Shown: piece after piece, positions 57,546-64,000 of the stretch | How positions within the stretch are numbered: position 1 is the first letter of the stretch | How the letters are laid out: every line of letters starts with the position of its first letter | DNA from: Treponema sp. | GTDB taxonomy: Bacteria; Spirochaetota; Spirochaetia; Treponematales; Treponemataceae | Reading direction: 5' to 3' | Length of the DNA stretch: 64,000 nt | Assembly (NCBI GenBank): GCA_051883255.1 | Contig: JBJETJ010000032.1 | Coordinates: forward strand, 15,562-79,561 | Notes under the pieces: model-generated | The model's input: the letters and a program-made list of their open reading frames with translations, nothing else | The model's database searches: none | What the model was told of the DNA's origin: nothing | Translations under genes and position numbers: made by a program

Positions 57546-57717
57546 CAAAAAGCGCCGTAAAATTTAAAGATGATGACACACCTTCAAAATTACGACGCCT
57601 TTGCCGATAAAGTACAAATTGTATAAAATTGTATAAAAAAAGGTCGCAGAATAATCACTTCTGCGACCTCATTGCCGTTGTTAAATTGATAATACAGTTT
57701 CTAAAAAAAACTGTCAA
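57546..57717 (-). promoter_or_regulatory. Promoter plus two tandem ANTAR-type attenuators upstream of type III glnA
   Basis: TTGACA(57717-57712)-17-TATTAT(57694-57689); GGCAATGAGGTC(57676-57665)+terminator; GGCAAAGGCGTC(57605-57594)+terminator. Confidence 0.82.
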
Positions 57718-57747
57718 TATATTTAATAATTTTTTTTACATTTTGAA

Positions 57748-58974
57748 CTATTTTTTCCAAGGATTTTTGCGGACAAATGTTTCATTTCGTTCATAACCGA
57801 CAGAAATAATCGTTACAGGTGTTTCGCAGAAATCTTCGATATATTTTACGTAAGCCTTTGCCTGTTCAGGAAGTTCCTCAAAAGAACGGCAGTTTTTCAG
57901 TTCTTTTTTCCAGCCGGCAAATTTTTCAAGAACAGGTTTTGCGTTTTCAAGTTCACTTACATTTGCAGGGAAATCAGTAACTGTCTTTCCGTTTATTTCA
58001 TAAGCAACGCAGGCTTCGATTTGTTCCATTGCATCGTAAATGTCAAGGTGAGTCAAAACAAGTCCGTCAAGCGAATTTACGCGGCAGGCATAACGAAGCG
58101 CAACCAGATCAAGATAACCGCAGCGGCGTGCACGTCCTGTCGTAACTCCGTATTCACGGCCAGTGTCGCGGACATACTGACAAAGTTCGCCTTCGCTTTC
58201 ATTATTGAACTCAGACGGCATAGGCCCGTTTCCGACACGTGTTTCATAGGCTTTAAATACGCCGATAATCTGGTCAAGGTCATGAGGCCCGATTCCACAG
58301 CCGGAAGCAGCGCCTGCCGCACATGAAGCACCCGAACTTACATACGGATAAGTTCCGCTGTCAAGGTCAAGCATTGCACCCTGAGCGCCTTCAAACAAAA
58401 TGTTTTCACCTTTTACTTTGTGCATTTCTGCTGCCATATTGACGCGCATACTCAAAAGCCGGCTTCTGTATTTATCAAGGTATTCTTTGTCCTCGCCGTC
58501 AAATTCTGACATCTTTTCCTGCCAGTCCAGATCTGCAAGGCGAACTCCGTCGCGATGAGCTTTTTCTGCATACGCAATTCCCATTCCGCGGCCTGTCGTT
58601 CCGATAGGGCGTTTGCGTGAAGCATCGCGTTCTTTATCCATTTTGCGATAACGAGGCAAAATCAAATGTGCTCTGTCAGAAATGAATACACGTCCTTCCC
58701 AGTCAATTCCATTGTCTTTTAACATCTGCAATTCATCAAAAAATGCTTCGGCATCGATTACCATACCTGAACCAAGAAAAACTTTTTTATCTGAATAAAG
58801 GATTCCAGACGGAACTTGATGAAGCGCATACTGTTTTCCGTCAACTACAATCGTATGTCCTGCATTAGGACCTCCTGCATAGCGGACAACATATTTTGCA
58901 TCTTCGGCAAGGTAATCGACGATTTTACCCTTACCTTCATCACCCCACTGAGCACCAATTACAACTACGTTCAT
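57748..58974 (-). CDS. purA: Adenylosuccinate synthetase
   Basis: GAQWGDEGKGKIVD, GGPNAGHT, EGAQG.MLDLD.GTYPYVSS, EYGVTTGRARRCG. Confidence 0.98.
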   Translation of the reverse strand: MNVVVIGAQWGDEGKGKIVDYLAEDAKYVVRYAGGPNAGHTIVVDGKQYALHQVPSGILYSDKKVFLGSGMVIDAEAFFDELQMLKDNGIDWEGRVFISDRAHLILPRYRKMDKERDASRKRPIGTTGRGMGIAYAEKAHRDGVRLADLDWQEKMSEFDGEDKEYLDKYRSRLLSMRVNMAAEMHKVKGENILFEGAQGAMLDLDSGTYPYVSSGASCAAGAASGCGIGPHDLDQIIGVFKAYETRVGNGPMPSEFNNESEGELCQYVRDTGREYGVTTGRARRCGYLDLVALRYACRVNSLDGLVLTHLDIYDAMEQIEACVAYEINGKTVTDFPANVSELENAKPVLEKFAGWKKELKNCRSFEELPEQAKAYVKYIEDFCETPVTIISVGYERNETFVRKNPWKK

Positions 58975-59090
58975 TATTTTACCTCCGCGACATATTTAAT
59001 CGCTCGCGAAAAACATTATATATCAAGAGTATAGGTAAATTCAACACGTAACAAGTTTATACCAAGTTGCGGTTATCACGTTTGAAGCGG

Positions 59091-60833
59091 TTATTTTGAA
59101 TTCAACACACAAAAATCATAATAACTAAACAGCCCCTTCTCTTGTATATAAAAATCATCAAAATTTAAATCACCATTTGTATGCAGCTCGCGTTCAGAAA
59201 TAAATATACACGGAATTTCATCTGAATGTTTTTCTTGAATTTCTGAAATATCAGATATTAAAAAGATACGGTTATCATCATTCAGATATGGGATTATTTC
59301 ACCGTATTTCCATCTTGCCTTTCCTTCTATAAATATCGGGAGTTCTGTATTTACGACTTTTTTTATTCTGTCAAAACCTGCATCATCGATATGCTCGACA
59401 ACTGATGGTTTTCCATTTAAATTGATTAAAGACACACACAAGAAAAATGATGCCAGTACAGAAAATGTATAGTTCAAAAATTCTCTTTTGAAAAATCCGA
59501 CAAATGCAAGTGAAAAAATTGGAAATATCGGAGCAATATATCTAAGAGTTTTCCCAGGTGCACACCATAGAATTAAAAATAAAGAAACAAATGCTACAGA
59601 CAGAATAATACTCAATAAAAAATTCTTTACATTTCGTTTTGAAGATAACAGAAATAAAACCAAAAACAAAACAATAAGAATAAAATACAAAGCAAAAAAG
59701 ATATTCTTTGAAAGAATCATCCCGTAAAAACCATTAATAACAGAAAAAAAGTTTGCACTGAGATTTGCCAATCCAAAATTACTGAAAGCTTCTTGTCCAC
59801 GATAACCAGATATACCATCTCCAAAACTTAAATACAACAGTTTTGCAACGATTAAAGAACAAAAAAGCATATATATGAAAAATTTTAATAAATTATAATC
59901 TTTTTTTCGCAGACAGATGATTACAAGTATCAGACCATAAAAACCTATTATAATCATATTAAAATAGGCAGAAAGCATAGTCAGTGCCAGCACAAATATT
60001 CCGATTATAAAATTCTTTTTTGATTCAACTTTTTGATTATTATAGACAGCCTGTAAACAGCAGGTTACATAATATGTAATAATTATTACAAAAAGCTGCT
60101 GAAGTTCGTATGGTCGCATAAAAATCGTAAGAGAAAGACTTGCAGGATTTATAAATGCAATTATGAGGCAAGTAAAAACCAAAAAAGAATTCTTTGTAAA
60201 TATTCTTATCAAAAATATCATGAAGAAAAATGAAACCGCAAAAATCAGAATGTTTAAAGAACAGCCTCTCCAAAATATATAATTTAAATCATTTGTTTTT
60301 ACGCCTGTAAACCATAATCTATAAATTGAATAATATAAATTTGTATGTGGAGAATCTTTGTTATCTATATATAAATTCCAGACATCGTCTAAAGAATCTT
60401 TTACTGACGGATCATTCCAAAGAGATAAATCTTTCAACTCTTTTCCTGAATATTCTTTATCGCCATCAAGTTCAGCCAGTTTTCCCCAAAAGCCATATTC
60501 ATTTCTGTTGGAAATTCCTATACTCAACGCTTCATCAATATGCATGCTTTTCTTGGCATTGATATAAAAACACCTTACACCTATCAGAACGACAAATAAA
60601 AGCAGAAGTTCTATGCCATGTGTTTTGGAATTTAAAATATTTTTAATATCATCTCGTATCTTAAATATGCCAGTGTGAAGTGTAAAAAAATCCAGGAATT
60701 GAAAAAAATACCCTGCAAGAAAAAGGACAGTACAAATACAAATAAAGATAAAGAATTTTATTTCTTTTTGAACGATTATTTCATGCCATACAGAATGTGT
60801 AAGAGGTCTTCCAACATATCGTTCACCAATCAA
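59091..60833 (-). CDS. Polytopic membrane protein, GT-C-fold glycosyltransferase-like
   Basis: About a dozen hydrophobic segments; first loop with HIDE, DSPHTNLYY and MRPYEL motifs typical of ArnT/PMT-like enzymes; AT-rich; TTG start uncertain. Confidence 0.6.
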   Translation of the reverse strand: MIGERYVGRPLTHSVWHEIIVQKEIKFFIFICICTVLFLAGYFFQFLDFFTLHTGIFKIRDDIKNILNSKTHGIELLLLFVVLIGVRCFYINAKKSMHIDEALSIGISNRNEYGFWGKLAELDGDKEYSGKELKDLSLWNDPSVKDSLDDVWNLYIDNKDSPHTNLYYSIYRLWFTGVKTNDLNYIFWRGCSLNILIFAVSFFFMIFLIRIFTKNSFLVFTCLIIAFINPASLSLTIFMRPYELQQLFVIIITYYVTCCLQAVYNNQKVESKKNFIIGIFVLALTMLSAYFNMIIIGFYGLILVIICLRKKDYNLLKFFIYMLFCSLIVAKLLYLSFGDGISGYRGQEAFSNFGLANLSANFFSVINGFYGMILSKNIFFALYFILIVLFLVLFLLSSKRNVKNFLLSIILSVAFVSLFLILWCAPGKTLRYIAPIFPIFSLAFVGFFKREFLNYTFSVLASFFLCVSLINLNGKPSVVEHIDDAGFDRIKKVVNTELPIFIEGKARWKYGEIIPYLNDDNRIFLISDISEIQEKHSDEIPCIFISERELHTNGDLNFDDFYIQEKGLFSYYDFCVLNSK

Positions 60834-61132
60834 AATTATAAGATTTCTGATTTGCGGAATAAATAAAAGGAGAGAAGCCCCCCCCCATTACTATACATAG
60901 AATTGCCAGATATTTAAAAATTTTACTTATTTTGCTTCGGTTTAAATTCACTTTGAGTGCCTCATAAAAAGAAAATATAAAAATATTCTATAAGAAATCA
61001 ACTAAAAAAACAATAAAACCGCCTGACAAATTCACAGAAAATATATCGCAAAAGCAAAATACGGTAAAAATCTGCAAAAATTGCAAAAAAACTTGACAAA
61101 TTAAAAAACACAGGTGAAAATATAACCATATT

Positions 61133-61148
61133 GCGCAATCGGTTGCGC
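61133..61148. promoter_or_regulatory. LacI-family operator
   Basis: GCGCAATCGGTTGCGC has the central CG and AA/TT spacing of LacI-type sites; TTGACA at 61093-61098 upstream. Confidence 0.65.
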
Positions 61149-61199
61149 CAAAAAGAGAGAATTTTCTTTTTGCGCAAACAACTTTTATCAGGAGGAAAA

Positions 61200-61718
61200 A
61201 TGAAAAAAACTACTTTTGCAAAATGGGCTTTTATTGCCACGCTTGCACTTATTACATCATTTGTTTATGCACAGACAAAACAAAACTTCGTTACAGATTC
61301 ATCTTTTGAAAGCGGTAAGCTTGGAGAATGGGTACTTGACGGAGAAAATGCTTCCTGCTTTGTTGAAGAAAACAAAGACAACGCACATTCAGGAAAATTC
61401 ACTTACAAATACTGGAAGGACAAAGCCTTTAAGTCAACGCTCAAACGAAAAATCAAAGGTCTGCAGAACGGAACTTATATTCTTTCTATCTGGGCGATGG
61501 GCGGAGGCGGAGAAAACGAAATCCGCTTTTTTGCAGAAAACTTTGACGCTTCCGGCAAGCAGGTTTCTGTTCAGGTAAAAAACACCGGCTGGCAGAAATG
61601 GAAAAAATATTCGATTGAAGTTCCTGTTCAGAACGGAGAAGTTACAATCGGAATTTTCCTTAACGCAAACGCAGGAAACTGGGGCAACTTTGACGACGTT
61701 ACTCTGGAAAAAAAATAA
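61200..61718 (+). CDS. Exported stand-alone carbohydrate-binding-module-like protein (CBM61/CBM4_9-like)
   Basis: Signal peptide after GGAGG; SFESG.LGEW, AHSG, GWQKW, NAGNWGNFDDV.L typical of galactanase-associated CBMs. Confidence 0.75.
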   Translation: MKKTTFAKWAFIATLALITSFVYAQTKQNFVTDSSFESGKLGEWVLDGENASCFVEENKDNAHSGKFTYKYWKDKAFKSTLKRKIKGLQNGTYILSIWAMGGGGENEIRFFAENFDASGKQVSVQVKNTGWQKWKKYSIEVPVQNGEVTIGIFLNANAGNWGNFDDVTLEKK

Positions 61719-61780
61719 ACGTCACTAACTTAATCTTTTAAAACAGCATTTATGCTGAATAACTTAATGAGGTAATTTTT

Positions 61781-62231
61781 ATGAAGAAATTTTTTGCACT
61801 TTTAACATCGATGATGGTTACATTTTTTGTAATTGGCTGCAGCAACCCGAGCAGTTCAAGCGGTGGAAGTCTGGGTATGGGGGGCAGAGGATAATGGAAC
61901 GAAAATTTACAATAATTCCGTAACTCTTAAAGAAACTCTAGAACAAATTGTTAAAGCAGACGACTTAAAAGATTTAGAAATCAAAGAATTAATTATAACT
62001 GCCTATAATTTTTCTGCTTATAATACAACAGATAGTTGGGTAACATTTACAGCAGATACAAACTGGTCTACAAAATTGGGAAAATCTTCATCCAGTTCTT
62101 ATTCAGATGAAAAATCTGGTTGGTCTTGGAGTGTTACAGATTCTGAAACAATAGCAAAATTTAAAGAAGGTGGAATTTATGTTGCCGGAACAGCAGACTC
62201 AACTGCAACAGTAACAGTTTCATACAAATAA
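61781..62231 (+). pseudogene. Lipoprotein gene frameshifted at a G6 tract (61879-61884)
   Basis: MKKFFALLTSMMVTFFVIGC lipobox from 61781 stops at 61892-61894; the +1 frame continues GAEDNGTK...TVSYK to 62231; deleting one G fuses them. Confidence 0.75.
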
Positions 62232-62310
62232 CCTTCCAACTAATCACCCAATCAATCAGGACTGCGGATTTTCTTCAATAAAATCTTGCGTCCTGTTTAC
62301 AGGAGATTCC

Positions 62311-63876
62311 ATGAAAAAAACTTTTTCCCTTCTTCTGCTGTCATTAATCCTAATTACATTTTTTTTTACCAGTTGCAGTAACCCAAGTACATCAGGTTCC
62401 TCTGCCGGCAATTCCAATCAGACAAATACTTCTGCAAACAACAAAAAAACTTTTACAGGTTCGCTTGAACTCTTAGTTTCTGCAGACGACTTGCAGAACG
62501 CATCAAAAGTTACAATCTCTTTCTCAAACATCTCTGACCCTGACTGCTGGATAACAATTGCAGCAGACACAAAAAGGAGCATACAGGACACATTAAAAAG
62601 CGAAGACTGGTCAACAACTGAGTTTAAATCGGTAATCACAGATTTAGACAATGCCAGTGAATATCTTTCAAACGGAATATACATCGCAGGAACTTCCGGC
62701 GTAACTGCAACCATAACTGTAACCATAATTCCACAGGCAGACAGCCTCGATTCATTTTGTCGTGGCGTAGATGCCTCAATGGTAAAATATCTTGAAGACA
62801 ACGGAGCAGTATACAAAACAAGTGACGGAACGACAGGCGACTTTTTTGCAATCATAAAAAGTTACGGCGTAAACTGGGTTCGCTTCAGGCTTTGGGTTGA
62901 CCCGAAAACTTACGCTTCCCAAGTCGGAACATCTGATTCAACTTATCCGCAGGGCTTGTGCGATTTAGACACAGTAAAAGAACTTGCCGCACGCGCACAG
63001 AATGCAGGATTACGATGGCTTTTGGATTTTCACTACAGCGACACATGGACACATCCGGGGCAGCAGATAATTCCTCTGTCGTGGTCAAGCGTTTCTGCAG
63101 GAAGTGAAATGGCAGAAAAAATAAGTGAATACACAACAGAAGTTCTTACGGAACTGAAAAATTCAGACCTGATTCCTGACATGGTTCAAGTCGGAAACGA
63201 AGTTACAAGCGGAATGTGCGTAGGAAAAACGTCTGATACATCAAACTTACAATCATACCTTGAAGCAGGATGTAAAGCCGTAAAAGAATTTGACAGTAAC
63301 ATTCTTGTCATGATACATGTTGACAAAGGCGGAAGTTCAGCAATTTCATCTTTCTTTAATAATTTTGGCAATGATTATTACGATGTAATAGGACTTTCCT
63401 GGTATCCGATGTATGATTCTCACGGCAGCATTCAAAACCTTGGAAGCAACATCAGCACTTTTGCCAAAACAGGAAAAAAAGTCATCGTCGTAGAAACAAG
63501 CTGGGCATGGGGTAACGGCTATAACGACTGGACAAACAATGTCTGCGGAAAAAGTGACACTGCCACAGCAGGTGACTACCAATATACTGCCGCTTCACTT
63601 TTAGATTACACAGGCATTACAATTTCGACAGACAGTGACAGTGAGAAATACGTCGAGGCAACAGAAGAAAATCAGTACAATGTTCTGAACGCTGTTTTTA
63701 AAGTCGCAAAAGCAAACAATGGAAACGGAGTTTTTTATTGGGGCGGAGAATGGATTGCCTACGGAACTCAAACAGAATCTCCGTATGGTTCAACATGGGA
63801 AAATCAGGCACTGTTTAATTTCAGCGGAATTCCGCTTAAAGCCCTTGAGGTATTCTCAAACTCCGATTATAAATAA
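62311..63876 (+). CDS. GH53 endo-beta-1,4-galactanase lipoprotein
   Basis: Lipobox FFTSC; RGVDAS, NWVRFRLWVDP, LLDFHYSDTW.HPGQQ, VQVGNE (acid/base), IGLSWYP, VVETS (nucleophile), WENQALF. Confidence 0.93.
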   Translation: MKKTFSLLLLSLILITFFFTSCSNPSTSGSSAGNSNQTNTSANNKKTFTGSLELLVSADDLQNASKVTISFSNISDPDCWITIAADTKRSIQDTLKSEDWSTTEFKSVITDLDNASEYLSNGIYIAGTSGVTATITVTIIPQADSLDSFCRGVDASMVKYLEDNGAVYKTSDGTTGDFFAIIKSYGVNWVRFRLWVDPKTYASQVGTSDSTYPQGLCDLDTVKELAARAQNAGLRWLLDFHYSDTWTHPGQQIIPLSWSSVSAGSEMAEKISEYTTEVLTELKNSDLIPDMVQVGNEVTSGMCVGKTSDTSNLQSYLEAGCKAVKEFDSNILVMIHVDKGGSSAISSFFNNFGNDYYDVIGLSWYPMYDSHGSIQNLGSNISTFAKTGKKVIVVETSWAWGNGYNDWTNNVCGKSDTATAGDYQYTAASLLDYTGITISTDSDSEKYVEATEENQYNVLNAVFKVAKANNGNGVFYWGGEWIAYGTQTESPYGSTWENQALFNFSGIPLKALEVFSNSDYK

Positions 63877-63903
63877 AATTAAAGACTGAGTGATGGAGAT
63901 TAT

Positions 63904-64000
63904 ATGAAGAAAAAATTTATAACTCTGGCATCGTGCGTTTTTATTTCACTTGCATTTTGCAAGCCGGCACATTCCTCGCCGCAGCAAAACGCAATCCAGT
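63904..64000 (+). CDS. N-terminus of an exported protein, truncated by the window end
   Basis: GGAG RBS then MKKKFITLASCVFISLAFC signal-peptide-like sequence. Confidence 0.6.
   Translation, partial: MKKKFITLASCVFISLAFCKPAHSSPQQNAIQ

Noticed and set aside
4553-63582. Numerous 60-170-aa antisense or alternate-frame ORFs inside long genes
   Set aside because: They are shadow ORFs of well-supported genes, with no motifs or RBS and no room for independent promoters.
1-64000. tRNA, rRNA, integrase, transposase or prophage genes
   Set aside because: No cloverleaf, rRNA-like stretch or recombinase/transposase motif recognised by eye; the island's mobility genes, if any, lie left of the window. tRNAscan-SE would confirm.

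Overview
A 64-kb bacterial chromosomal window, probably from a gut/rumen-type Treponema-like spirochaete (inferred from the style of the lipoproteins and exported proteins; not proven). (1) 1-~22,000 is an AT-rich, co-oriented, tightly packed anti-phage island. Its scaffold is an SNF2-helicase/DUF3883 + DUF1156 methyltransferase + DUF499 ATPase 'restriction-like' module. Between those three genes sit a Menshen-like triplet, an NB-ARC/TPR (NLR-like) protein, a Schlafen/AlbA regulator and a GmrSD-like DUF262 pair (one gene broken by a nonsense codon). After them come an hsdS remnant, an unassigned two-gene soluble+membrane module and an rhuM remnant. (2) ~22,400-59,000 is a nitrogen-assimilation region (gltBD-purF, glnA + ANTAR antiterminator, arginase, asnB, purB, cysteine-type ABC transporter, amt-glnK fusion, type III glnA, purA) interspersed with small accessory genes. 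Reading the intergenic DNA shows four close and one divergent copy of a GGCAA(A/T)GRGGTCG-type hairpin overlapping intrinsic terminators, behind promoters with a TATTAT -10 box: a candidate ANTAR attenuation regulon encoded within the window. There is also a REP/BIME-like repeat family and a poly-G spacer promoter on an outer-membrane protein gene. (3) ~59,000-64,000 holds an AT-rich GT-C-like membrane protein and the start of a galactan-utilisation locus (CBM-like protein, frameshifted lipoprotein, GH53). No rRNA, tRNA, CRISPR array, integrase or transposase was recognised. All family calls come from motif recognition by eye, not database searches.
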